Assembly (NCBI GenBank): GCA_036568325.1
Contig: DATCST010000061.1
Span: 6,835 to 70,834, forward strand
Reading direction: 5' to 3'
DNA length: 64,000 nt
From: Kangiella sp.
GTDB lineage: Bacteria > Pseudomonadota > Gammaproteobacteria > Enterobacterales > Kangiellaceae
In this document: positions 1 to 9,760 of the stretch, one piece after another
Layout of the letters: every line of letters starts with the position of its first letter
Position numbering within the stretch: the first letter of the stretch is position 1
Made by a program: the position numbers and the translations under genes
Notes under the pieces: generated by a model
What the model saw: the letters and a program-made list of their open reading frames with translations, nothing else
The model's database searches: none
What the model was told of the DNA's origin: nothing

Positions 1-421
1 CCACATCCGGCGTACCAACCCCAAAGGTTTCGACACCAAGCTGATGGAACTGACGGTAGCGACCCTTTTGTGGTCTTTCATGACGGAACATTGGTCCCAT
101 GTACCATAGGCGCTGCTCCTGGTTATAAAGCAAGCCGTGCTCAATTCCTGCACGCACACAACTGGCTGTTCCCTCTGGACGCAAGGTCAAGCTATCGCCA
201 TTACGATCCTCAAAGGTGTACATCTCTTTTTCAACGATATCAGTCACTTCGCCGATAGAGCGCTTGAAAAGATGAGTCTTTTCAACGACCGGCATGCGAA
301 TTTCGTTGTAGCCATAACTGGCCATCAGCTGCCTGAGCACCGACTCTAATTTTTGCCAATGTGGTGTTGAGTCCGGCAAGATATCATTCATGCCACGGAC
401 TGCTTGTATTTTTTCCGCCAA
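1..421 (-). CDS. hisS: Histidyl-tRNA synthetase, 5' part (runs off the window)
   Basis: Not in the ORF track. My manual translation from TTG at 421 gives [16 protein letters not shown]...[24 protein letters not shown]...[23 protein letters not shown]; it follows ispG as usual. Confidence 0.95.
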   Translation of the reverse strand, partial: MAEKIQAVRGMNDILPDSTPHWQKLESVLRQLMASYGYNEIRMPVVEKTHLFKRSIGEVTDIVEKEMYTFEDRNGDSLTLRPEGTASCVRAGIEHGLLYNQEQRLWYMGPMFRHERPQKGRYRQFHQLGVETFGVGTPDV

Positions 422-531
422 AACTAGCCTGGCTCCGTCAGTTGTAAAATTGGATTAAAGTGCGAGATTATAGCGAATTTGGAGGAAAACAGTAGCTTTT
501 TCCGCCAAACTCTTCATCAGGATATGCGTTG

Positions 532-1671
532 TTAACGAACCTGGGTGACAGGAAGCTGTTCAGCTCCTTTGGTGATTTCTTCTGCTTTCTCGCGTTTCTC
601 AGCGAGCTTACGTCGTATTTGAGCTTCGAGCTCATCTACAAGACTCTCATTAGCGACTTTATGACTCTTTTCACCGTTCTCATACAGCATGCTTTTCTTG
701 AAACCGCCAGTCAGTCCAATCGTGACTTCTTTAGCTTCGCCAGGACCATTGACCACACAACCAATCACAGCCACATCAATGTGCTCATTAACGTCTTCGA
801 GACGTTGCTCAAGTTCGTTGACGGTTTTAATCACATCAAACTGCTGACGCGAACAGGATGGACATGCAATCAGGTTAATGCCACGTTGACGCAAACCTAA
901 GCTTTTCAGGATATCGTAGCCAACTTTGACTTCTTCGACCGGATCAGCTGCTAAAGAGACCCGAATGGTATCGCCGATACCTTCTGCCAATAACATTCCT
1001 AGGCCAACCGCTGATTTCACAGCACCTGTGCGAATACTTCCAGCTTCAGTAATGCCAAGGTGTAGTGGGTTATCAATTTCTTTGGCTAAAATGCGGTAAG
1101 CTGCAACGGTCATGAAGACATCAGAAGCCTTAAGGCTGATCTTATAATCCTTAAAATTATGGCGCTCCAGCATTTCGATATGGCGATAAGCAGACTCAAC
1201 TAAAGCTTCGGGGGTCGGCTCACCATACTTTTCTTGCAAGTCTTTTTCTAAAGAACCGGCATTAACGCCGATCCGGATAGGAATATTACGTGCTCTGGCC
1301 GCTTCAACAACCGCTTTAACCCGTTCTTCGGAGCCAATGTTGCCAGGATTAATTCTCAAGCAGTCAACGCCATATTCCGCCACTTTCAGGGCAATTCGAT
1401 AGTCGAAATGAATATCAGCTACCAATGGTACTGGAGATTGCTGCTTAATGAGTTTAAAGGCCTCGGCGGCTTTCATCGTAGGCACGGATACTCGAACAAT
1501 ATCGGCCCCGGTGTCAGCCAGTGCACGAATCTGAGCAACCGTCGCCTCCACATCACAGGTTTCCGTATTGGTCATGCTTTGCACCGCAATCGGCGCATCA
1601 CCGCCAACAGGTACATTGCCCACCATAATTTGACGCGATTTGCGTCGGCTAATCCAAGATTGACCGTTCAT
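532..1671 (-). CDS. ispG: HMBPP synthase (4-hydroxy-3-methylbut-2-en-1-yl diphosphate synthase)
   Basis: [15 protein letters not shown] and RINPGN motifs; 4Fe-4S cysteines in CPSCSR and [10 protein letters not shown]. Confidence 0.98.
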   Translation of the reverse strand: MNGQSWISRRKSRQIMVGNVPVGGDAPIAVQSMTNTETCDVEATVAQIRALADTGADIVRVSVPTMKAAEAFKLIKQQSPVPLVADIHFDYRIALKVAEYGVDCLRINPGNIGSEERVKAVVEAARARNIPIRIGVNAGSLEKDLQEKYGEPTPEALVESAYRHIEMLERHNFKDYKISLKASDVFMTVAAYRILAKEIDNPLHLGITEAGSIRTGAVKSAVGLGMLLAEGIGDTIRVSLAADPVEEVKVGYDILKSLGLRQRGINLIACPSCSRQQFDVIKTVNELEQRLEDVNEHIDVAVIGCVVNGPGEAKEVTIGLTGGFKKSMLYENGEKSHKVANESLVDELEAQIRRKLAEKREKAEEITKGAEQLPVTQVR

Positions 1672-1720
1672 AATATTTCGTAATATAGGTTGTTGAATCT
1701 ATTAGATAAATACCAAGGTA

Positions 1721-2650
1721 TTAATTACCAAGAGTTAGTCGAGCAGCCCGAGTATCAGGATAGCTCGACAAATCAACGGGTTCATTTTGATAGGACAATT
1801 GTACAGCAGATGGCTTGCCAAGTGTTAGCTCAATAGGGGTTGGCCCAGACAAACTGATAGATGTTCCGCCCTGCTTTATCCCTAAGGCCAACACTTTGCC
1901 GTTGGCGTCAGTAATTCTAACCCAGCAATCATCAGAAAATACCAGTACAAGATCGCCACCAGCTCCGCTCTTAGTACTATCTGAAGCTATATTACTGGTC
2001 CCTTCTGGCAGAGTTGCCACTGCTGACTCTTCAGCAGGTGCTAATTCCGATATATCATCCTCAGACACTGTTGTCTGCTCTTGTAAGTCCGCACTATCAG
2101 CTAAATCATTGGCTGAGTCAGAGGTTGCTGGTTCTGAAAGTAACAGGTCACCTTCTTCATTTTGTCCCAGCGTTAGAATGGTCTTTTGTTCAGAGATGCT
2201 TGGTGTAGAGGAAGTAAACTGTTGCCAGATTTTTTTCTCGACCAATAAATAATATAAGCCCAAGAGTACCAGCAGAATGAGCAATGTGGTCACAGTCTTA
2301 ATCATCCAGTTGCTGGAGGTAAGGGGCTTCTCCAGTTCAATGGTGGCTAATGATTGCTCATTTTGAGTGAATAGATTGTTGCGCTTACAAAAGTTATCAA
2401 AATTCTCGACAATATCATCATCGTCCAACTTCAATAACTCCGCATAGTTCCGTAAGTATCCTCGGTAAAAGGTTGCGGGAAGATCCGCGGAGTAATCATC
2501 ACTTTCGATTGAGATTACGGTTTGACGCGTCAGCTTTAACTTCTGCACCACATCTTCAATGGAAATACCAGCCCGCTCTCGAGCCTGCTTTAACAGGCTA
2601 CCGGGGCTGAATTGGACGTCTTGTTCTAGAGTTTGATCAGTTTCTGACAT
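1721..2650 (-). CDS. rodZ: Cytoskeleton protein RodZ
   Basis: N-terminal HTH (LKQARERAG...RGYLRNYA), one TM helix, C-terminal FSDDCWVRITDANG domain; lies between pilW and ispG. Confidence 0.92.
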   Translation of the reverse strand: MSETDQTLEQDVQFSPGSLLKQARERAGISIEDVVQKLKLTRQTVISIESDDYSADLPATFYRGYLRNYAELLKLDDDDIVENFDNFCKRNNLFTQNEQSLATIELEKPLTSSNWMIKTVTTLLILLVLLGLYYLLVEKKIWQQFTSSTPSISEQKTILTLGQNEEGDLLLSEPATSDSANDLADSADLQEQTTVSEDDISELAPAEESAVATLPEGTSNIASDSTKSGAGGDLVLVFSDDCWVRITDANGKVLALGIKQGGTSISLSGPTPIELTLGKPSAVQLSYQNEPVDLSSYPDTRAARLTLGN

Positions 2651-2653
2651 TAA

Positions 2654-3445
2654 TTATCTAATTCTAATATATTCTTGAGCCTCATCAGAATCCGGATAAA
2701 GCTCCAATAATTTATCTCCATACCCTCGCATATTACTACGTGCCTGTAGGCCTTTTGCTATTTTATAACCCAGCAGCAATGACTTTGGGGTTGAACTCGT
2801 TTGAGCCTCAAAGCGGAACATATAAGCTTCTGCTAAGCGATAGTTTCCTGTTGCATAACTCACTTCAGACATGCCGTACAAAGAGCGTGCTAAGCTGGGA
2901 TTAAAGGATAGCGCTTTCTCAAAATACTGCTTTGCAAGCTCATACTTCTCTGCTCTTACGGCACAGAAGCCTGCGTTTTCGTAGGCAGCTCCAACTGAGG
3001 TATAATTCGGTTGCTCAACAGCTCTTAAGAAATAGCCGATACCTTCGTCATACTTCTTGCGAGAATCACACAAAAAGACTCCATAAGCATTGAGGTAGTC
3101 CGCATTTCTCGGAGATTCTTTGATTGCTCTTTTGTAATAAGCTTCGGCTGTATCGTATTCATATACTGTTTGATAGTAGTAAGCCAACCCATATAGCACA
3201 TCAGGCATATCCGGATCATGCTCGTAAGCTTTTAAAAGATTCTGCTTAGCCCATTCCATATGACCAGCTTGTAAATATTGCAAACCCAAAGATAATCGCT
3301 TGGCAGCAGCTTCTTTTGGTTCGTACTTGGTTCTTTGGACGGCACCATCTTTTGTTGCAGCACTGGTTGACTCTGTGGTTGTGGTTTGACACCCCACCAA
3401 AGTTACCGTTAAAAATACCACTACCCACTTGGCATACTTTGTCAT
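2654..3445 (-). CDS. pilW: Type IV pilus biogenesis TPR lipoprotein PilW/PilF
   Basis: Lipobox LVGC, TPR repeats, RLSLGLQYL and NAYGVFLC motifs; rlmN-pilW-rodZ synteny. Confidence 0.9.
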   Translation of the reverse strand: MTKYAKWVVVFLTVTLVGCQTTTTESTSAATKDGAVQRTKYEPKEAAAKRLSLGLQYLQAGHMEWAKQNLLKAYEHDPDMPDVLYGLAYYYQTVYEYDTAEAYYKRAIKESPRNADYLNAYGVFLCDSRKKYDEGIGYFLRAVEQPNYTSVGAAYENAGFCAVRAEKYELAKQYFEKALSFNPSLARSLYGMSEVSYATGNYRLAEAYMFRFEAQTSSTPKSLLLGYKIAKGLQARSNMRGYGDKLLELYPDSDEAQEYIRIR

Positions 3446-3580
3446 TGTTACTTCCTATCAATTTCTACGCTCAGTTTATAGCAACTTTCTTTTGAAAATA
3501 ATGATGTCTAAATCTAATTTGTGTAATAAATCAGTTAGTTGGACAAAAATCAAGCTACATTGGTTCACCACTTTGTTGAA

Positions 3581-4705
3581 CTAGTGCGCCACATTATCAA
3601 CTAGAATTTCTTTCTTGTACTCCTGACGACGTTCTTGACGCTTAGTTTTGTCATTAATCTTGCCTGCCAACTGACCACAGGCTGCATCAATATCGTCACC
3701 TCGAGTACGTCGAGTTACCACAACATAACCTTTCTTAATCAAATAATCACTAAATAAATCAATCGCTTCCTGCGTCGAAGTCTGATAGTTCGCTTGTGGG
3801 AAAGGATTAAATGGAATCAAGTTGATTTTGCACGGCGTATTCTTCAGTAGCTCGGCCAGTTCTTTAGCGTGCTGTAAAGTATCGTTAACATCCTTGAGCA
3901 TGACATATTCAATAGTCGCTTTACGAGCAGCATTAGAACGATCCAGATAACGGTGTACGCTGGCCATTAATTCTTTAATCGGGTATTTCTTATTGATGGG
4001 CACTAGAACATCACGCAAAGCATCATTGGGAGCGTGTAGTGAAATTGCCAACGCAACGTCTACTTGGTCAATCAAGCGATCCAACTGAGGTACCATTCCC
4101 GAAGTACTTAGTGTTACACGGCGTTTGGATAAGCCATAAGCCAGATCATCCATCATCAGCTGCATCGACTTAACCACTGGCTCAAAATTAGCCAAAGGCT
4201 CGCCCATGCCCATCATCACAACATTAGTGACGACACGCTCATCGCTTTTATGCTTACCATGTAGATAGCGAGCGGCCAGCCAAACCTGACCAATGATTTC
4301 AGCCGTTGTCAGGTTACGGTTAAAGCCCTGATAACCAGTCGAACAGAAGGTGCACTCTAAAGCACAGCCAACTTGAGACGATACGCACAAAGTTCCGCGA
4401 TGCCGCTCAGGGATAAAGACCATTTCCACAGCCTGACCGCCTGGGATTTTTAAAGCCCATTTCACGGTACCGTCTTTGGATTCTTGAACGCTTAATACTT
4501 CAGGACCTTTGATCTCAGCAACGTCTTTCAGGCGCTCACGGCACACTTTGCTGATATTGGTCATTTCATCGAAGTCTTCGACACCGAATTGATGAACCCA
4601 CTTCATAACCTGCTGGGCACGGAATGGCTTTTCACCAAGTTCAACGAAGAACTCGACCATCTCATCGCGCGTCAGGTTGAGTAGGTTGGTTTTTTCATTA
4701 CTCAT
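3581..4705 (-). CDS. rlmN: 23S rRNA/tRNA m2A methyltransferase (radical SAM)
   Basis: CALECTFC radical SAM motif, [14 protein letters not shown]. Confidence 0.98.
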   Translation of the reverse strand: MSNEKTNLLNLTRDEMVEFFVELGEKPFRAQQVMKWVHQFGVEDFDEMTNISKVCRERLKDVAEIKGPEVLSVQESKDGTVKWALKIPGGQAVEMVFIPERHRGTLCVSSQVGCALECTFCSTGYQGFNRNLTTAEIIGQVWLAARYLHGKHKSDERVVTNVVMMGMGEPLANFEPVVKSMQLMMDDLAYGLSKRRVTLSTSGMVPQLDRLIDQVDVALAISLHAPNDALRDVLVPINKKYPIKELMASVHRYLDRSNAARKATIEYVMLKDVNDTLQHAKELAELLKNTPCKINLIPFNPFPQANYQTSTQEAIDLFSDYLIKKGYVVVTRRTRGDDIDAACGQLAGKINDKTKRQERRQEYKKEILVDNVAH

Positions 4706-4823
4706 TACAGGACACCTTTACACGATTAATAGCTATTAAGGATAGCTACAATCAAATTTTGTACATTTTATGCGCAATCACAACGAATAGCAAAAGCACT
4801 CTGGTAAACAATAGTCACTTAGT

Positions 4824-4854
4824 AAAAAAGGGATGAATCAATCATCCCTTTTTT
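4824..4854. terminator. Intrinsic terminator downstream of ndk, symmetric
   Basis: AAAAAAGGGATGA-ATCAA-TCATCCCTTTTTT hairpin with A and T tracts on both sides. Confidence 0.85.
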
Positions 4855-4937
4855 ATATGTGTGTTCTTATTTCTTTGTCGTCGAACATAAATATCAACCC
4901 AGAACAAAGAAATGGTACTAAACAACCATCATCCTCT

Positions 4938-5062
4938 TAAAACGTGGAGTTTTGCTTCAAGTTCGAGGCGCCTGAAGGGTTTTCAGCGGAGGCGACCTTA
5001 ATGGTCGTTGAACATAAAAATCCTTCAGGCAACAAAAAAATTGAACCAAACAACCGTTTTTA
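4938..5062. mobile_element. 125-bp ERIC/IRU-like palindromic MITE, family A
   Basis: TA at both ends; imperfect terminal IRs (TAAAACGTGGAGTTTTGCTTCAA vs TAAAAACGGTTGTTTGGTTCAA); inner IR GCCTGAAGG/CCTTCAGGC; central CGACC-TTAAT-GGTCG hairpin; the right TA is part of the ndk stop codon. Confidence 0.7.
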
Positions 5063-5491
5063 TCGAGTGCGAGGGCAAATCTCGTCCGCACTGAAGAAAT
5101 AAGCAATCTCACGCTCAGCCGACTCTGGGCTATCAGAACCGTGTGCAGCATTTTCGTCAACAGAAACAGCGTAGTCCGCACGGATAGTACCGCGTAGTGC
5201 TTCTGCTGGGTTAGTAGCACCCATGATTTCACGATTTGCTTTGATTGCGTTTTCGCCTTCTAAAACTTGAACCATTACTGGGCCAGAAGTCATGAAGTCA
5301 ACCAATGCGCCGAAGAAAGGACGCTCTTTGTGTTCTGCGTAGAAACCTTCAGCCTTTTCGCGAGAAAGGTGGATCATTTTTGATGCTACGATGCGAAGAC
5401 CAGCACGCTCGAAACGGCTGTAGATTTCGCCAATAACATTTTTTGCAACTGCGTCAGGTTTTACGATAGAAAAAGTACGTTCGATAGCCAT
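5060..5491 (-). CDS. ndk: Nucleoside diphosphate kinase
   Basis: [12 protein letters not shown] and NAAHGSDS (catalytic His). Start placed at MAIERT (5491), behind a GGAG RBS. Confidence 0.98.
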   Translation of the reverse strand: MAIERTFSIVKPDAVAKNVIGEIYSRFERAGLRIVASKMIHLSREKAEGFYAEHKERPFFGALVDFMTSGPVMVQVLEGENAIKANREIMGATNPAEALRGTIRADYAVSVDENAAHGSDSPESAEREIAYFFSADEICPRTR

Positions 5492-5638
5492 TTCGGACTC
5501 CATCAATATTCGGTTAAATGCTTCCTCAGCTATAAGTCAGCATGATATTAAGAACTCAAGTATGAGAATTCAGATTAAAAGGATAAGGGGCTAGTATTCG
5601 GCCTTTTGACCTTGGACTAACCCCTTAAAATCGCGCGC

Positions 5639-5667
5639 ATTATACTGAATGTCTATTATTTGGGCAA
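5639..5667 (-). promoter_or_regulatory. Sigma70 promoter of ndk with a GC-rich discriminator
   Basis: TTGCCC-N17-TATAAT followed directly by GCGCGCG, typical of stringently controlled promoters. Confidence 0.75.
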
Positions 5668-5698
5668 TGCGCTTCGGTTGATTTAGCCGGCTTTCAGC

Positions 5699-6673
5699 TT
5701 AATAGTGGTTCATCATGCTATCCAGGCTTAGCTGCCCTTCAGCCTGAAAAGGAATCAACTGGAACAACTGGTCGGAGGCTTTGGTGGAGGTTTTGACCTC
5801 GATCTTTAACTTGTAGGTACCGATATCCAGTTTATTGCCGGACATATCCTTTAGTTCCAAGCTGTCACCAAAGCGCTTCTTCTGGCCTGGTTCAAGAGTG
5901 ATGGTCTGGAATGCTTGAGTGAACATGCGCCCGCTTGACCACTGACTGACAAGGTTATCATTACTATCGTACAGGTAAATATCGAAAAGCTGGCCACTGT
6001 TGAATGTCAGCTCAACAGGTTCGCCGGACTGATTGGTTAAGGTGATGTACGCCTCAACGCTATCAGTTTCATTGAGCATCACTGTCCCAGCCGGAAAACT
6101 CGCTGAGACTTCGATGCCTTCATATTCAGGATAATTCATGCCAGCCAGCTTAGCATACTCAAGTTCATAGTCCACCACACCGGCAATGGTTTGCTCTTTC
6201 CACTTTATAAGCCCAGCGTCATACGAGAACCAGGCTGATAAGAGGCCGGCATCATTACAATAGCCATCGAAGTTAACACGAACCACTGAATTAAAAGCAC
6301 CTGCCAAAGTAGTCATCAATTGAGCTTTTTCTGCGACGGTTGCTACTTGTGTACAAGAATCTAGATTCACACTATAGTTCGTGCCAATTGGATCATTAAA
6401 GTTAATCAACTTCACTGGGTTATTGCTTTGCGACAGGGTTGAAATTGAGCTACCTGAAGTTTTAAGCCACATTAATTCTCTACCGAGATAGTTACTGACT
6501 TGTACCCACTGCGAACCGAAACGATCCGACAGAGCAATTGTCTTACTTTGACCATATCTCGAAGTGAATTCCTTATAGTCATTAAAGCTGTCGACTTCAC
6601 CAGCTTGAACGGTACTTGCAGCCATGATTGAAGTTGCGAACAGAAGATTGATAATGTTGTTTTGTGTATTCAT
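5699..6673 (-). CDS. Secreted protein with a C-terminal BsuPI-like (proteinase inhibitor) domain
   Basis: Signal peptide ending VQA. The C-terminal TLTNQSGEPVELTFNSGQLFDIYLYD...WSSGRMFTQA...LEPGQ matches my recollection of the BsuPI pattern. Confidence 0.65.
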   Translation of the reverse strand: MNTQNNIINLLFATSIMAASTVQAGEVDSFNDYKEFTSRYGQSKTIALSDRFGSQWVQVSNYLGRELMWLKTSGSSISTLSQSNNPVKLINFNDPIGTNYSVNLDSCTQVATVAEKAQLMTTLAGAFNSVVRVNFDGYCNDAGLLSAWFSYDAGLIKWKEQTIAGVVDYELEYAKLAGMNYPEYEGIEVSASFPAGTVMLNETDSVEAYITLTNQSGEPVELTFNSGQLFDIYLYDSNDNLVSQWSSGRMFTQAFQTITLEPGQKKRFGDSLELKDMSGNKLDIGTYKLKIEVKTSTKASDQLFQLIPFQAEGQLSLDSMMNHY

Positions 6674-6959
6674 GGTATTACTCCTTTAACAATTGAATGG
6701 TGGTTAAAAACAATTCCATTGTGAGCAAAACACGAATATCGACAATTGAATTAAATTACAGTTTCGAATCAATTATTTTAATAGATATCAATAAGTTATT
6801 AAGTTTCAAAACCTTAGAATGGCTTGTCATCAGGCTGTCAAACAATGAATAATTTATGACAAATCAGATGTGACTTGCTGTGTGTAAGAGTGATGAAGTT
6901 TGCTTGAAAGATCTGTGTCAGCAAGGCGACTGTTCGATGACAGCCGCTGATAGATTTAA

Positions 6960-7634
6960 CTAAATGTATCTCGTTGGATCGACAAAACCCTGCCCTTCAA
7001 ATCCCTGCTTTCGAAGACGACAAGAGTCGCAAACACCACAGGCTTTGCCATCGTCAGTAGCCTTGTAACAGGAAACGGTTGGGCTGTAATCAACGCCTAA
7101 CTTCATACCTTCGGCAATAATTTGAGCTTTAGTAAGATCGATAAGAGGTGCTTCAATGGCCAGATTTTGCCCTTCGACACCTGCTTTAGTGGCGAGATTA
7201 GCCATCGTTTCAAATGCATTGATAAACTCAGGACGGCAATCGGGATAGCCGGAGTAATCCACTGCATTGACACCGATAAAAATATGATCAGCTTTTAGAA
7301 CTTCAGCCCAACCTAATGCGATCGACAAAAAAACGGTGTTACGAGCAGGAACGTAAGTGACTGGAATGCCCTCTTCCAGACCATCAGTAGGTACATCAAT
7401 GGAATGGTCGGTTAGAGCAGAACCACCAATTTGACTCATATCGAGATTCACAATGATATGTTCCTTGGCATCCATTAATTGAGCAACTTTCTTGGCAGCT
7501 TTGAGTTCAGCCAAACTGCGCTGGCCATAGTTAAAACTCATTGCATAACAGTCATAGCCTTGCGAGTTAGCAATCGCTAAAGCTGTTGTTGAGTCTAAAC
7601 CGCCTGAAAGTAATACTACTGCTCGTTTGTTCAT
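6960..7634 (-). CDS. queC: 7-cyano-7-deazaguanine synthase
   Basis: [22 protein letters not shown] and CGVCDSC motifs. Start placed at MNKRAVV. Confidence 0.97.
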   Translation of the reverse strand: MNKRAVVLLSGGLDSTTALAIANSQGYDCYAMSFNYGQRSLAELKAAKKVAQLMDAKEHIIVNLDMSQIGGSALTDHSIDVPTDGLEEGIPVTYVPARNTVFLSIALGWAEVLKADHIFIGVNAVDYSGYPDCRPEFINAFETMANLATKAGVEGQNLAIEAPLIDLTKAQIIAEGMKLGVDYSPTVSCYKATDDGKACGVCDSCRLRKQGFEGQGFVDPTRYI

Positions 7635-7657
7635 AGCTACCACTTGAAATTAAAAGC

Positions 7658-7679
7658 GGTGCGTCACGACGCACCCTAC
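7658..7679 (-). repeat. GTAG-tagged REP-like palindrome
   Basis: Minus strand reads GTAG-GGTGCGTC-GT-GACGCACC: a perfect 8-bp stem preceded by GTAG. Confidence 0.75.
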
Positions 7680-7729
7680 TTAAGTCACAAAACCACTGGA
7701 AGGAGCGAAAATGCTTTTAATCCTTCTAA

Positions 7730-8371
7730 TCAGACACCAGTTTTTTCGCCCCAAATAATTTTATGCAACTGAACCTGCATTCTCACCTTGAGTCGATCTT
7801 TCAATATCCACTCTGCTAAATCGGCATACTCAACCTGCCCGTAGCTGGGTGAGAACAAAACTTCACACTTGCTGGTGATGTCGTATTGTTCTACGGTCAT
7901 TTTGCACCATTCGTAGTCTTTACGGCTACAGATGACAAACTTGACCTGGTCGGTTGGTTTTAAGAGATCAATATTTGAGTATAAATTACGAGCCATTTCT
8001 TGTGAATCTGGGGTTTTTAGATCCATGACGATCATAACGCGCGAATCAACTGGTGAGAGATCATGCGCACCGCCGGTTTCAGTGGAAACTTTATAGCCTT
8101 CATCGCAGAGTAACTTGAAGAACTCGAACACGCGCTTTTGCGCTAATGGCTCCCCACCGGTGACACAAACATGATCGCATCCATATTGCTTGATTTGCGC
8201 TAATATTTCTTCAAAGGTCATCCACTCACCACCACCAAAGGCATAATCTGTATCGCAATAGACACAACGCAATGGGCATCCGGTAAGGCGTACAAACACT
8301 GTTGGCACACCAACGGTCAGACTTTCGCCTTGCAACGAATGGAATATCTCGGTGATACGTAATTTACTCAT
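7730..8371 (-). CDS. queE: 7-carboxy-7-deazaguanine synthase
   Basis: SLQGE and FVRLTGCPLRCVYCDT motifs; adjacent to queC. Confidence 0.97.
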   Translation of the reverse strand: MSKLRITEIFHSLQGESLTVGVPTVFVRLTGCPLRCVYCDTDYAFGGGEWMTFEEILAQIKQYGCDHVCVTGGEPLAQKRVFEFFKLLCDEGYKVSTETGGAHDLSPVDSRVMIVMDLKTPDSQEMARNLYSNIDLLKPTDQVKFVICSRKDYEWCKMTVEQYDITSKCEVLFSPSYGQVEYADLAEWILKDRLKVRMQVQLHKIIWGEKTGV

Positions 8372-8431
8372 AGAGTGAGCTCAATACAGGGACTCTGGCT
8401 GGAAATGATGAAAATATGCGCGGATTGTAGC

Positions 8432-8457
8432 AAAAGCTGCCTTTAAAGACAGCTTTT
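8432..8457. terminator. Probable terminator after cpoB, overlapping a possible queE promoter (TACAAT)
   Basis: AAAAGCTG-N10-CAGCTTTT inverted repeat. Confidence 0.5.
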
Positions 8458-8475
8458 AGAGACTATTTGATGATC

Positions 8476-9207
8476 TTACAGGGTATCGAGTTTGGCTTTA
8501 GCCAATCGACCTGCGGTCGTATTGGGGAACAGTTTGCTAACTTGCTGGTAAGTGGCTTTGGCCGCAGCCTTATCACCTTTAAGCTCCTGAACCTGAGCAA
8601 GCTTCAGCATGGCTTTATCCTTGATACTGGTATCAGGGAATTGCTCATACACTGCTTTGAATTGGCTTTCTGCTTCAGCATACTCTTTATCGCTGAAATG
8701 CAACTGACCTAATAAATAATGCGCGTTAGACGCTAACGAATCTTTAGGATAGTCACTGACAAACGTTTTAAAAGCGCTTTTAGCTTGTGGATACTTTTGT
8801 TCATTGAATAGTGTGAAAGCTTGATTGTAAGCTTGTTGGGCCCGGCTGCTTGAACCATTGTTACCTTTATCGGCAGTTTCAGAGCTGAGCTCTTCAGTTT
8901 CTGAGGTAGACAATGCAGCTCCACCTTGCAATCGACGATCCAGGTCAAGATAAAGTTCACGCTGCTGTTTGGTTAGCTGCTTGATTCTGTAATCTTGCTC
9001 TTCAACCTGGCCACGAAGTTGGCGAACTTCTTGCTGGAGTTGATTCACTTGCATAATCAACTCAGCCATAATTTGATTTTGTTGGCTAGTTTGCTGTTGT
9101 TGAACAGCTGAAATATCTCTGGCGTCAACAACTGGTGCGGCGGCATTACTCACAGCCGAAACTGTGAGTAATGTTGCACCTAATAGATTAAATACAACGT
9201 TTTTCAT
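8476..9207 (-). CDS. cpoB: Tol-Pal system protein CpoB (YbgF)
   Basis: Signal peptide, coiled coil (LQQEVRQLRGQVEE) and TPR domain; directly after pal. Confidence 0.93.
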   Translation of the reverse strand: MKNVVFNLLGATLLTVSAVSNAAAPVVDARDISAVQQQQTSQQNQIMAELIMQVNQLQQEVRQLRGQVEEQDYRIKQLTKQQRELYLDLDRRLQGGAALSTSETEELSSETADKGNNGSSSRAQQAYNQAFTLFNEQKYPQAKSAFKTFVSDYPKDSLASNAHYLLGQLHFSDKEYAEAESQFKAVYEQFPDTSIKDKAMLKLAQVQELKGDKAAAKATYQQVSKLFPNTTAGRLAKAKLDTL

Positions 9208-9725
9208 TACTGATATTTAATCTCTACACGACGGTTTTCTTGCCATGCTTCTTCGTTATGAGCAGGGTTTGCTGGAGACTCTTCACCGAAGCTGATCACA
9301 TCAATGTTTGAATCAGAAACACCATAAGTTCTCATTAACTGAGCAACTGATTTTGCACGACGCTCACCCAATGCCAAGTTGTACTCTGGAGTACCGCGCT
9401 CATCAGCGTGACCTTCTAAAACAACACTTTTACCGCTGCTTTTCGCGTAACCAGCATGAGCTTCAAGAACTTCTACATATTCGCTACGAATAGAGTCATC
9501 ATCAAAATCAAAATAAATGACATTTTCATCAAGTAAAGCAGCGATACGTTGTCTTTCAGCTTCTTCAGCAGCGCGTTGACGAGCTAAGGCTTCAGCTTCA
9601 GCTTGTGCTGCTGCGTCTTCCTGAGCGGTTGTATCAACTTGCTCTTCTTCTGGCTTAGTTGTGCTACATGCAGCCAAAGATAAAGCAGCTGTAAGAGCTA
9701 GTAGTAATTGAACCGAACGTTTCAT
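9207..9725 (-). CDS. pal: Peptidoglycan-associated lipoprotein
   Basis: Lipobox LAAC; OmpA-like GHADERGTPEYNLALGERRA. Confidence 0.98.
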   Translation of the reverse strand: MKRSVQLLLALTAALSLAACSTTKPEEEQVDTTAQEDAAAQAEAEALARQRAAEEAERQRIAALLDENVIYFDFDDDSIRSEYVEVLEAHAGYAKSSGKSVVLEGHADERGTPEYNLALGERRAKSVAQLMRTYGVSDSNIDVISFGEESPANPAHNEEAWQENRRVEIKYQ

Positions 9726-9760
9726 TGTTATCCTCCGGGATTGTTGTCACTGTTATTAAC

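Noticed and set aside
6824-6862. TTGTCAT-N4-CTGTCAA 11-bp repeat resembling a Pho box
   Set aside because: The best match points away from the nearest gene (antisense to queC), has only two units, and has no -10 at 10-bp spacing.
6680-6959. tRNA gene after queC, as found in some relatives
   Set aside because: No cloverleaf, GTTC-A T-loop or CCA end could be read on either strand.
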